A stretch of 63,328 bases of DNA, the filler included, from Choristocarpus tenellus KU-1152 (Eukaryota > Protista > Phaeophyceae), in assembly GCA_964200185.2 (NCBI GenBank). It is 12 parts of 12 records of this genome, joined end to end, with 100 filler letters (N's around TTAATTAATTAA, not from the genome) between each part and the next. Parts side by side here need not be neighbours in the genome. Positions count along the whole stretch, not along the records: positions 44,697 to 56,403 come from CAXNAD020002177.1; positions 56,504 to 59,445 come from CAXNAD020023481.1; positions 59,546 to 63,328 come from CAXNAD020017954.1; 9 more parts are not named here. The stretch is one strand, 5' to 3'. This document shows positions 51,990 to 63,328 of this stretch, in pieces (within the stretch, counting starts at the first letter, position 1; each line of letters opens with the position of its first letter). The position numbers were made by a program, and so were the translations under genes. Below the pieces are notes generated by a model. It saw only the letters and a list, made by a program, of their open reading frames with translations, searched no databases and was not told the origin of the DNA.

Positions 51990-52995
51990 CCTAGCTCACT
52001 TGTCTCTTCACCTTTATGGCATCCAAGCCACGCCGCTAGGTGGTGAATATGAGGGTGAGACTTGAGAAATCTCTCTCAGATTGACAGCTTATGCCATCAA
52101 TCCCTTGAAAGAGCCTGGCAAACATGACCAGAAAGGGCATTTGCGGAGCCTGCAACACCTTGCCTACATCGCCTATCTTTGAGATTGCCTTCTCTTTCTA
52201 GTACATAAAAAAATATAACTCTTTACAACCCGATACTCCTCCTCTAATGGTTGAATTGCTATGTCAGGACCTCAGAACGCTTGGCTATTCTTGGACGATC
52301 CTTCCCTTTCTCTGATGATCTCCTCGACTTCTTTTGTAGGCGTCGTACCACTGGCTGCTCTACTCTCAGCAGCTTCTCCTCAGTCACAGGCCTAGGTGTC
52401 ATTGGCATAGGATCAGATTCATCACCACCTGCTGTGGCAATAAATCTTCGTTTCCCTCATCTGCATCGAGAAGGGAGTTCACTTTGTGCTCTTCTCAACA
52501 TCTTTGTTTTCAACCAAGAGCCCCCAGTAGTACAGGAATCTAGGCTTGAGTCTTTGGTATGGTGATTAAGAAAGAGTGACACTTGCTATTCATCAATGGT
52601 TGGCTCATTGAGCTTTCGTGCCTTCATATTATCAAGGAGAACACTGAGAAACACTTGTCAAAGCGTTGATTAACCTTCCCTATGGTACATCCTTAATGGC
52701 ACCATATTATTTACTCCACGAATTCTTGAAGGGGTGTGTGTGTGTATCCTTGCTGCAGATTATGATGAGGACATTCATCAAACAAATGATTCCGGTCATG
52801 AAACCATCATGCCGACCCCGAATACAGGTTATAACATCTGTGGCTTGTTCACTCAGGAGCATCCACTCCTCGCGGTGGAGACACAACTTGATATTTTTTC
52901 TTTGCTTCTCAATATATCTAATTATCGCTGGTTCTAGAACAAGTAGGTGATTTAAAAATCGTAGGTGGTTCCAAACCTTAAGCAAGCCACACAAA
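51990..52995 (-). mobile_element. Decayed hAT transposase (core plus C-terminal dimerization domain)
   Basis: KVWNHLRFLNHLLVLEPAI...EEWMLL; LKPRF; FARLFQGIDGISCQSERDFSSLTLIFTT*RRGL. Confidence 0.6.
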
Positions 52996-53167
52996 AAGAG
53001 ACCGGATATGGTGAGGAGAATGAGGTCTATTTAAGACACACTGTAGCAAAAGCTTCTCTTTTTCTATGGGTGGATGGACAGGATATAGAGAATAATATGA
53101 CGTAGGATTAAATATTATTTTTCAAAAAGGAATTAAGATTAAAGGACAAAGTACAATTAATCAGTAC

Positions 53168-53544
53168 TCGCTGGATGTCATTGCAGTATTCAACAATGTG
53201 GTTCTCTTCTTCCGCCCTCCTTTCTTCTCCCATGTTCTCCATCATACCAATCTCATCTTGCATGGCTTCAACCTTACTATTGAGCTCCAAGATGTCCTCC
53301 TCCAGTTGCGCTTTTTTTCACGCAGACCAAGTTAAGGCTCAAAGTATCTGGGGCGGGAGGGGGCGGGGCCTACACCAGGGTGTCCATTTGGGCCCTGACC
53401 AGGAAAAGTGCACATACATTACCCATCCGACACATGGAACCAAATCACCCAAACATTGCGACATGGAAAAATGGGACCCAAATAGACAGCCGCCACCCCA
53501 CTCCCCAGATACTTTGGATATCGCGCAGGATTTCGTTGCTGACT
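53168..53544 (-). pseudogene. Coiled-coil exon disrupted by MITE-B and a 1-bp frameshift
   Basis: cag|SNEILRDI[MITE]NLVCV/KKAQLEEDILELNSKVEAMQDEIG...DIQR|gtac. Confidence 0.5.
53336..53518. mobile_element. MITE-B (near-complete, ~185 bp)
   Basis: GGCTCAAAGTATCTGGG / CCCCAGATACTTTGG; other pieces at 10655, 10779-10852, 13609, 17243-17263, ~20585-20615, 23922 and 63119. Confidence 0.88.
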
Positions 53545-54169
53545 GCAGGGTGGCTAAATAGTCTGGTCATTGCAGCTCCTCTGTTGACTAGTTCCCTGCT
53601 TTGTTCGTTCCCATCTTTTTGCTACCATTGATACCGCGCACTCACATAATAGAAACGTTCAGCTCATGCACACACGGCGCATGTTGTCCCAGGCACCTTT
53701 AGCGCATGTAGGGCTCTGAGGATGCTTAGTCCCAGGCCAATAGTCCTGAGAAGTACTGAAACAGGAGGTAACATATACAAAAAGATTGAGATGCAGACTG
53801 AAGTATCAAGAAAAAATTATTTGTGAAAAATTATTTGTGAAAACAAATTTTGGAGAAAAAAATATATGTATGGGTCAAGCAAAACAGGAAACTAAAAACA
53901 TATTTTTTCCTTGGTTGCTTTCTAAAGAGACATCCTTAGTACTACAACCAAGCAACATCAAACGAAAACTAAAATTACAATTGCACGTTTTGTAGTTTCC
54001 GGTATGTGACTCCCACCAATTCTGCATTGGATGATGGGAAAGGACACAGGGCAATCTTTAGCTGACCTCTGGATCCATACCTTGATGTTTGAATGAACAC
54101 TACCCAGAAAAAGAGATAAGCTTTGGCATGTATAAGAAATGTTAAAAGATGCATAATTTAATTCAAAAG

Positions 54170-54480
54170 TTGCAATATGAAAGCCACTAAGAATGTGTTC
54201 CTGGACGAGCTGGCTACACAAGCGGTAGGGGGGAGAGGAACTGGAGGCTATGACAGGAAAGGGGCTGTCAAATCCCGCCTACGACAAATAGTCTCGGTAA
54301 CAACGCAGGTAACCCTGTCTAGACGTGTCATGCGTTTTAAGTTGGAGTCACCAACGAGATGGGCAAGGAGGGGTTTGTTGGATTCTTGGGATGCTTCCCT
54401 AGCTCCTCACCTTGGTTGCAGGAATAGGTAGATTGGAGACACAGGAAGGCAGTGGTACAACAAAGATAGTAGTGACTAAC
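54170..54480 (+). mobile_element. Second CRE-like 3' fragment
   Basis: FLDELATQAVGGRGTGGYDRKGAVKSRLRQIVSVTTQ; homologous to 49780-50040. Confidence 0.75.
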
Positions 54481-54559
54481 AAATATATTACGGATGAAGT
54501 TCTGAGTCTGACCTAAGAATGTTTATTTCTCTATTGATTGAAACCCTTCCAACACATTT

Positions 54560-55100
54560 CAGAAATATCCTATTTACAGTCGTAAGAAAAGTCGAATTCT
54601 TGTTGAAAATTGAGTATTTCTTGTGACTGATGATATATTGTATCCTATAATTAAGGATTTCCATTGAAACATACATTTGATGCAAGAGAATGTCACCCTC
54701 TTCAGAATAGTAGTAGTGGGCATGTCTTCGTAGCCCTCACAGAGGTGTGTCTCAATCGAGCTTGAAATATGTGTTCTGGACATCTGAAAAATGATGCTCA
54801 TCTCCTTCTAGTCAATCAATGGACTTGCAAGTAGTTCGCAGAACAGGAAGTACTACCCATCCAGCAAGTAGTAGTGTTGGTGGTGTAATCACAATCTGTG
54901 ATGGTGTTCGATTTGGATGAGACCAACTAGAAATTTGGGATTTGGGATCTGCTGGAGAAAAATAATGTTCACCGTTGCAATGAGTGCTGTAGTTGCAGGT
55001 ATCAATAACAATTAAAGTTGCTTCTTTCCTGAGGATAATGCAAACCAGCCAAAATTGGAGAACATAGCTAATTATGTATATTGGCACCACGGATGGTCTC
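54560..55100 (-). pseudogene. Possible decayed Ulp1/C48 protease (TE cargo)
   Basis: Weak echoes across frameshifts: MFSNF, THCNGEHYF, QQEFDFSYDC. Confidence 0.25.
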
Positions 55101-55716
55101 ATGCGTGCCTGAAAAGTGGGATCACAAGGGAGAGTCGGAAATTGCTATAGTCGAAAATTGCCACTTAAAATATGAATATATTCTACCTCTAGATTGAAGA
55201 CAAACGGGTCAAATCGTATTATTGCTATCAGAGACCAACCAGCCGACACGTACATCCAATTTTTTTGTATATATATATTGGGCTTGGATGGAAACTGATG
55301 GAGAGGTATAGATCTTCCTTAGCAATTATGCCAACCAATTTGTAGGAGACCAGACTTCTCAAATTCAGTACTTGTAGAACTATATGTAAAATTATCGGCA
55401 AATAGTGTTGAATGATAAAATCAATATAATGTACTCTCCTAGCCCAAAAGAAAACAAAATTCCTCAGGAAGTACTACAACAGTGTTCATTAATTACCACA
55501 ATAATAGTACTCAGTGTGTGTCTGGGATAAAAAAAACTAAATAGCAACATGTTATCTATTTCTTCTGACCTAGTTACGTACTCTTGCAAAGATCTGACAT
55601 GTATGGTGAAAACCTTGCCAAGAGTAACATGTTCTCTAACAGCTCTGCACCAATAGCAACCTCATAACCACCACTAACTGATCATCATCACACATCAAAG
55701 ATTGTCAGTTGACATA

Positions 55717-56403
55717 TTAGACATAAGTAATGACTACATCAACATTAATTGTGGCTGTTCCTACCATCGCCCCACCCTTGCCTGTGAATCCATTGTCATC
55801 TACAGTCACAACAATCCCATCCATCCCAGCACTACAGCCATCTACAGTCCGACAACGATATTCAAGTGAAGCAATGGCACGGTTGACATCATCAATACCC
55901 CCACTAAAATGCATGACAGGATCATCCAGTCCCTCCCCTTCAGCAAACGACAACCCCTCTCGGGCCCTCAGACTTAACCGACCTCTTCCTGCAATGATTT
56001 GTACAGATAATGGCCCTTCCACCCTCATGCCATCTGCACTATAGTAGGCAGAGTCTTTGGCATCTGGGTCCTCCACTGCGAGGACACCCCCCTGGCCGAT
56101 GTCTGCTCCAAGAGCTGCGTCAATCTCCGTGGAAATCGTCCCTGGAGGAGGTGCCCTTACCAAAGGAGGATCATTAAAGGGAGATATGTAGACTGAGATT
56201 ATGCCATAAGTCGAAAGACTACCACCAAGTGTGCACATGGAAGTTTCTCCTGCCATAGAAGTCATAGTGGAAGTTTCATTAGTGCTATGTGCAGTTGCCG
56301 TTCTGTTCAACCTCTCACCCATGCTGGCATTCGTATTGAGGCAGGGGGTGGGATTGTCGGTGACACTAATACGTATCTGATCCCACCCAGTCCCACCCTC
56401 AAG
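55717..56403 (-). CDS. 3' end of a large cadherin/bacterial-Ig-like repeat protein
   Basis: Open from contig edge; PFNDPP, VEDPD, DVNRAIASLEY, VTVDDNGFTGKGG motifs. Confidence 0.75.
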   Translation of the reverse strand, partial: LEGGTGWDQIRISVTDNPTPCLNTNASMGERLNRTATAHSTNETSTMTSMAGETSMCTLGGSLSTYGIISVYISPFNDPPLVRAPPPGTISTEIDAALGADIGQGGVLAVEDPDAKDSAYYSADGMRVEGPLSVQIIAGRGRLSLRAREGLSFAEGEGLDDPVMHFSGGIDDVNRAIASLEYRCRTVDGCSAGMDGIVVTVDDNGFTGKGGAMVGTATINVDVVITYV

Positions 56404-59372
56404 NNNNNNNNNNNNNNNNNNNNNNNNNNNNNNNNNNNNNNNNNNNNTTAATTAATTAANNNNNNNNNNNNNNNNNNNNNNNNNNNNNNNNNNNNNNNNN
56501 NNNGTGCTTGCCCCGTTCGCGGGGGTGGGATCGTGGGTTTGTAGTCCAAATCGGACTGTCGGGGGGCGTGAGGCGTACGGAAAGGAGCCTTTCTCCGCCA
56601 TAGGTGGAGAGGAGAAAAAGGGTATATACATTTTGTTAGGTTACTAGGCACGGGCGAGCTTTTTTTGCGCGCTAGCTTTCTGACGGGATGAAGAAGATGT
56701 TCAGTAAGAGAGGGGGCGGATTGCAGGGGCCAGGGGGAAGGTCTCCCCGACTGACAGACCCAGGACCTACAAATCAAGGCCAAAATTTCGAAAACTCGAT
56801 GCCAGGGATCCCATCGGAGCAGGTGGGGACGATAAGGCGCGCTCTCAAGGCATTATTGAAATAGTGGAGAGATTTATTCCCATCTATGGGGACCAAGGAA
56901 CGATCATGATGTAGCAATCAGTACAGGGCGGCAATGGATCGTTTCCTTTTCTCTTTGTGCGTAGAGGCTTTTGGATTTCAGTTCCAGTGGTTCTGTTAAG
57001 AAACATTGTTTGCCGTCAGTCTTACACTGTTTCCACCGGGTATGTTAGCATAAGTAGCCTTAGAGTTGTTGAGATCGTACCGAATTCAATTATTGTTGTG
57101 GCGCATATTTCATGCCGCCGAGCACGATGTGGCGATGGAGATCATTAAGGTCAGTGGGTAGTGTATCATACTGTCCCCAACCATGCAAAACCTCAGTGAA
57201 TCGACTGTCTCATCATGCCTGATTCCTAGCACTAATAATGAGAGGTCTGTGGGAAGGTTCTGCAGGGTTCTTTTGAACTCACTTGAACTGCAGGCATGCA
57301 GTCTCCTAGGGGTGTCTTCTATGATAGGGAAAGGCAAACAGCCCTCACTTTCATTCATTCCCCTTGATTGTAGGATATATTCTTTTCTTGTTGGTGCATG
57401 TGTGCGCATATTCACTCCGTCTTTGTCCCTGTAGATATCAATCTGTAGCGACAATGGGCAACTACCGTTTGGGGGATATTGCGGTAGCTTGTTTAGTCCT
57501 CTGGCAAGCTGCTCTCCATCAAGGAGCACAGCGTTCCCAAGTTGTATCTTCCAAGATGGAAATAAGGGGACTGGGGAGGAGGGGGATTGCACATGCCGGA
57601 AGTATCAGTCCTTGGTGGGTGGGTAGGCCCCTTGGTCTTGGACTCCCACATCAACTTAGAATACTGTCACTTATGTGATTGTGTGTTCCAGAAATGTAGT
57701 TTGCTGAGAGAGGTGTCAGGCACTCTTGTGTTTTGACCCCTAATTGAGTTGCTGATACGTTGATATGTGTAGGACTCATATGTAAGAAGCCTTCCTTTTT
57801 CAGGGTTGTCCCCACTTCTTTGTATTGTTCACCCCTGCATGACATTGTAAATATCAGAGGCTGTGATAATGTGAGGGTGGGTTGGAACGTGATTGCAGAA
57901 GTCTTTGATGGAAATGTATGTTTGATAAAAGAGAAAATTGTGTGATATCTTCTGTGTGCAAGTTTGCATTCCATATCGTGGTGACCACTAAGGTGATATG
58001 TTTGTCGACAACAAAGAATATGCATTCCCTCTCCACACTCTGCTCCAACATGTAGTGAGCAATAGTTTTACTGGGTGCAACAAACTCTTTTTTTCTTCTG
58101 GTTCTCTTGCTATGGAGTCCCTTGCAACATTGTTTATATTGCCCTATACTCCCCCTTCCCCCTTTGTTTCCGCTCTGTTCCCAAAAATACCATCAGGGGG
58201 TGAATGCTCAATATCTGGAGGTCATAGGGGACCAAAGGTAAGGCTAGTAAGCAACAGTATTTCTATTTTATGTGGAGCTTTTCAGAGGACTGGGAATTGT
58301 GATCTGTCTTCTCTACCCTGTTCAGCATTTCCTTTGCCCTGCCTTGCTTGTATATATCCCATAGATCTTGGTATTTTTTTCCTAACCCACCACCTTCCAC
58401 ATGTCATCCCCCACAACCCCCTATGTTCCTGTTCACCATGTCTGACGAGTTTTGGCAGGCTCTCGCACACAGAGCAGATAGATGCGGTGAATAGTCTCAC
58501 ACTGGAACAGAAGTGGGAGACTGTTCTGGCGCACAAGATGCAGGTGAAAGGATCTGGAACAGTCCGCAGGGGCACGACAGGGACTATAGGTGTGTTATAT
58601 GGTACGGTACACAGCACTACACAGTCTGATGCACGGATGTTGATGGGCAGTGCTATGCTGTGCTGTACAGTACATTAGCCTATTGGTTCTCATTTTTCGT
58701 TTTTTGTTCCTATTTTTGTTTATTTGTAAAAGAGAGAATTTTAATAAAATAATTTGCATCTCACTAGTGCATGTCTAATATGCATCTGTTTTTCTTGTTT
58801 GTCTCTGAGAGTGGTTCATTTTTGTCTCCTTTATTTCCATAATTTTTTTTGTGTTGTCCTTTTTTGTGTAGTCAATTGAGGAGATTTATAATTTAGAAAA
58901 AAAGCTGGTTTTTCCAGATGCTGTTCGATGTACTCGATTGTAATTGGAACAAAAAAGTACTGCACACAAATGGAGTTGTCTAATTCTCTGAGCTCTGCGT
59001 GCTATCCTCAAAGTGTGTGTTCATTTGAAACAAGTAACCCATTGAAAATCACCCCTCAACTCTTGGTTTTGATTTTAAACGACGAGTTAATCAAGTCGTA
59101 GTGATTCAGTCACCCTGATTCTCAACACCAGCCCTTATCTTTGTACCACAGGAACCGGTCTTGGGCGCTCTTCTAGTGGGAGAGGAACACCTGTGCCTGG
59201 TGATGGAGATGCATCAACAGCTGTGGACTATGCAGAGGGGCTTTTGGCTGCAGGGATGCCCCCTCTTGAGGAAATCAAGGACCTTAAGGTGCAACTCGTC
59301 TTGGGGTGTGGTGGTCTGATTTCAGGGATTGAAATGTTGGGGTGACTGGGGGGAGAACCAAGTTGTGGAGCT

Positions 59373-59406
<34 letters not shown>

Positions 59407-59558
59407 GGAGGGGGGGGGGGGGGGCGGGGGGGGAGGGGAGGGGGGNNNNNNNNNNNNNNNNNNNNNNNNNNNNNNNNNNNNNNNNNNNNTTAATTAATTA
59501 ANNNNNNNNNNNNNNNNNNNNNNNNNNNNNNNNNNNNNNNNNNNNTCCTTCATTAAAG

Positions 59559-60210
59559 CACCATAAAAGCCGCGGGCCCAGTGTGGGATAGTTCAACACA
59601 ACATACTCGTTCAACTCTCGTATCGACTTTCAGGAAGTGGGGAGTTGGGAAACCAACCAATAGTAGCACTCTTCGGTCTTGGAAGAAGTCCAAGACCGAT
59701 AAAATCCCTGAGCTATTATGCTCCGTGCTTGTACACCAATATGGGCAGAACGAGGGAGAAGGAAACAGGTACGCTTGGAAGGATCTGGCCGCTTGTTTTT
59801 TGGACGAGGATAAAAAGTTTGCACTTTTGGCAAGGGCGCTGTGGGAGTTACTATCGGAGGAGATACGTGAATCCGCAACCGACATGCAGGTCAGAACCTT
59901 CCTCGAATCAATGAAGGAAGATCTTAACATGGGGCACACTGACATGGTCTACAACTCGATCCTCGCGGGCTTTGCTCCCGATGTGAACCTACTCGGCGAC
60001 AGGGTGACGTCCACGTACCAACCTAGTCTATCCAAGACGACCAAGAAGTACATCAAGATCGACACCCTCAGATCTTCAGCAATGAAACACACAGAATTCA
60101 TCCACGATAGGGAGCGTTTCAGTGCTATGCCTGTATGTGGTATTGGAGAATCGTCTCCCACCTTCGATACCCGCGGCCTACAGTCCTCTGCACCATCCCC
60201 TACTAGGCAA
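59559..60210 (+). CDS. Long exon/ORF of unknown protein; decayed coding continues to ~61582
   Basis: 295-codon open frame; candidate donor CAA|gtaagg at 60210. Confidence 0.5.
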
Positions 60211-61748
60211 GTAAGGGTATCCACCCAAACAGAAAGGTTTTCTTCCGACATCTACGTAAAAATAATATCTTCGACCAGGGTTCGAATGCGGAATACAGGT
60301 ATGATTGGTGAAGAAAATGCCAGAAAATACCTGGACAAAAGTACTTTCCTCGCAAAACCTTGTCTCAAACAACGAAATAGCTCTGACCCTAAGCTTCACC
60401 CTGTCATCTCAATCGATTATCTCCAGAGGTCGCGAACACACACGGACTGCTCTGGTGAAACACTTTAAACCTTGAAGGTAAGGCTGTCAAGTGCAATATA
60501 TATGACCCTACTCTCCTCCCCTCATCTGCTTGAAGAGTACCTCAAGAGTATCTCTCTTCACTCTTCTCACATCAACATGAAAGGAAGCGTTTTTCACCTT
60601 TCACATAGCGAAGTAGATAGGGATTGATGGTCTCCAAGATAGTTCCTAATTCAACACATGTGGTGGAGGGTTCCTGTAAGTACACAGGAAGCAAGATAAG
60701 CTCTTGCCGAACCTAATGTCGAGAATATAAGGATACTCTCCTTCACAATTACACTGTTGTACGCCACATGTGGAACTCGACAGGCCTTCAATGCTGCCGT
60801 TCATTGAGGTGTAATGACACCTATGAGAGAGACCAGTTTGTCCCATGAGTGTTCTTCACAACTTCAGCTCACATGAATCTCCTCCTCCCACACTTGATGA
60901 ATTGCGCTAGTAGTCTTGGCTTAACGCGATATGCTTCAAGACAAGAAAACCCAGAGACTGTGAGGTATTTTGCTGCCCTCACAGGTACAACGATTGACGT
61001 CGTGGAAAAATGTATATTTCCTGTTTGTATTACAGCCTGTACTCGCCCTCAATTACCTGCTGATGGTGTTGTGCCCCAAGGACACGACATGGGAGAAGGG
61101 AAGGGGGTAGAAGATGGGGGTATTGAAGGTGACTCAGGTGATGTCCATAGTGGTGGAGGGCACAGTATTGGAAATGGGAGTGCAGGGGGAGACAAGGGGA
61201 GGGTGGACACCCCTTGGAGAACGGGAGCATCCAGGAAGGATGACAAATCCAGGGGACCCCCATGAATGTCACTGAAACTCCAATCTGGAGGAAACAATCC
61301 TTCACAAGAAGCACCGAAGACTTCTATGAATGAGGCGCTCACGATCAAAGCATACAAGGAGTGTTCTGCACGAGTAGGGACACCAGTCACAGGGTGGACG
61401 AGGTTGCAGGATATACCCAAGGGGTGAGTGAAGAACTCAGCAGGAAGAACTCCATACTCAAAGTAGGTTGGGGGCTCAACCAAGTCTACCATATATGATG
61501 GCGAGGTAGGGGAGTCAGAAAACAAGGCCACTCCACAGGAACAGCAGGAAGGAGTCAGCCAAGAAGAGAACATCCAAACCATGTATGTGGTCTATACTTT
61601 CCACACCACCCACTTCCACTTGGCCTCATAATTAACACTTCAAAATTGTCTACCACCTTTCTGTTTTTAGATCTTTGATGGAGGTCCTAGAATTTGAAAG
61701 TGTTGTTCACCCTGCACCCAATCTACTGGAAAATCGCCTCTCCCCATC

Positions 61749-62002
61749 GAGCCAAAGTATCTTAGAGGGCAGAGTCGCGTCCATTTGGGGACCAAAATCC
61801 AATGTTGCGATTTCGATGTAATTTTGGCTATCATGTTAGGAAGTGTCAATATCCTCGTTCCTGACACACCTATTCGTAACATATACATTTTACCTACTCT
61901 GAAATATTTTGGAGTAGGAAAATGTCATAAAACCCCCTAGGGAATCCAAGCCCCGAATGGACAAACAGGGCAAAATTCGTACCCTCTAAGATACTTTTAC
62001 TA
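61749..62002 (-). mobile_element. MITE-A
   Basis: TIR GAGCCAAAGTATCTTAGAGGG / CCCTCTAAGATACTTTTACTA; TSD CATC. Confidence 0.92.
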
Positions 62003-62094
62003 CATCAGCAAACACATCGAATTTAAAAAGGGAGGTGTTCATTTTATAGTATTCATAATTATTACGAATACTCTATTGATCAGACAGCAGTTAT

Positions 62095-62174
62095 GACCAG
62101 GTGTCCGAGCGGTCTAAGGAGCTGTGTTAAGGCCGCAGTGTGCAAACGCGTGGGTTCGAATCCCACCCTGGTCA
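62095..62174 (+). tRNA. tRNA-Leu(AAG)
   Basis: Acceptor GACCAGG/CCTGGTC, anticodon arm CTGTG-TTAAGGC-CGCAG, long variable arm, GTGGG-TTCGAAT-CCCAC; no encoded CCA; T-tract downstream. Confidence 0.95.
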
Positions 62175-63118
62175 ACTGATAATTTTAACCTACTGCGTCT
62201 AGTGTTCCATCATTCCTGTTCAACGATGTTGATGTACTTGTATTTTTATGTATTTATTTGTAGAGGTGGCAAGGAGTAAAGGCTCTCTCAAAAAGGGGAC
62301 AATCACAATCACCGGCTGAACTTTTCCACATCAGAGGGCGAAACCCAGTTTCTCACGTCTTTGCTCAGCATCCCAACCAACGTCAGTTGAGGAAATTCAG
62401 AACAGAAAACCAAAACCTTAGTGCACAACACATGTCACAGAATGATTGACCAACGTCACAGTACAAAAATGGATCGGTCAGAATCGGAATGGATCTTCGT
62501 TCTGAGAGCCCTTCTGACTGTTTGGTCAAATCCGGATCTTGTGGGTGTGTGTGGTTTTATGGAGTGGTCGATATGGGCAAGTTCAAAGACGTGGTTGGCG
62601 CGCGCATATGTATATTATATACCTGTGCGCCATATCCACAAATGTGTGCATGGGAGATCCCAAAAAGGGACCTGTGCCTGACATACTGTTTTGCGTTCCG
62701 TACAACATGTCTTTTGAAGAGATCGATATTTTTCCTCTTTACAGGAAACTCACTGAATTTAAGGTGGTTTTTCTCGATCCTCTTGTGAAACTGTCTGGTC
62801 GAAAAATAGTTCCTGTTTTATTCATCACACCTACTTGATATCAAGTAGGAAATGCTATTAACCAAATATATAGTATGATCAAACATACTGCAATCAAGGA
62901 GGGCATCCTTGCCACGCTGCACTGTGCATGAAGTGATCAGTCACGGTGACATCAGGCGATTCAAAACTCGATCAACGTCATTGAGCAAATCTGGAACAAG
63001 AAAATCTATGTGTAGAGGTACATATGTACAGCAGTGGTACATGTTTAGCACAGCGAATGAATCCTATGGGGATATATACATACAAAGCTGTAAAATATAT
63101 GGCATTGAGTAGGATATT

Positions 63119-63290
63119 GACTCAAAGTATCTGGGGGGGGAGTGGCGGCTGTCCCTTTGGGGCCAATTTTTTCCACGTCATGACTTTTGTGTGATTTGGT
63201 TGTATACGTTGGATGAATAATGTAAGTGTGCTTTTCTTGGTTATTGCCCAAATGGACACTCTGGTGTAGACCCTCCCCCCCCCCCCCGCA
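63119..63290. mobile_element. MITE-B (right TIR missing)
   Basis: GACTCAAAGTATCTGGGGGGG and matching body. Confidence 0.8.
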
Positions 63291-63328
63291 CCTTATGTCG
63301 TTTAAAAAAATATCACTGTGAAGTTCTT

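Noticed and set aside
57110-58680. Several medium ORFs (also 15950-17059 and 62421-63112)
   Set aside because: Fragmented frames with no recognisable motif; product cannot be supported
61749-62174. MITE ~90 bp upstream of tRNA-Leu suggesting tRNA-targeted insertion
   Set aside because: Single case; the other copies are not near tRNAs

Overview
Eukaryotic, repeat-rich DNA made of 12 short contigs joined by artificial 100-bp spacers (N44-TTAATTAATTAA-N44), so adjacency across spacers is meaningless. A stramenopile, brown-alga-like origin is inferred from the GT-AG introns, TTAGGG repeats, CRE-type LINEs and cadherin-like protein. Mobile DNA dominates. There are two Ty1/copia families with a Ty5/copia-type half-tRNA-iMet PBS (GGTTATGAGCC) whose ATG starts Gag, present as self-nested and inverted copies. 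There are also two related high-copy MITE families (TIR core CAAAGTATCT, 3-4 bp TSD), CRE-like, hAT and LINE remnants, and minisatellites. Host features are a tRNA-Leu(AAG), exons of a two-pore channel, the 3' end of a cadherin/Ig-like protein, secreted cationic Cys-rich peptide genes and several orphan exons. The most notable candidate is a spliced gene (41437-44281) with the motif order of a bacterial beta-class N4C/N6A DNA methyltransferase but degenerate catalytic and SAM motifs, disrupted here by a MITE and a TGA. All protein assignments come from manual motif recognition, not database searches.
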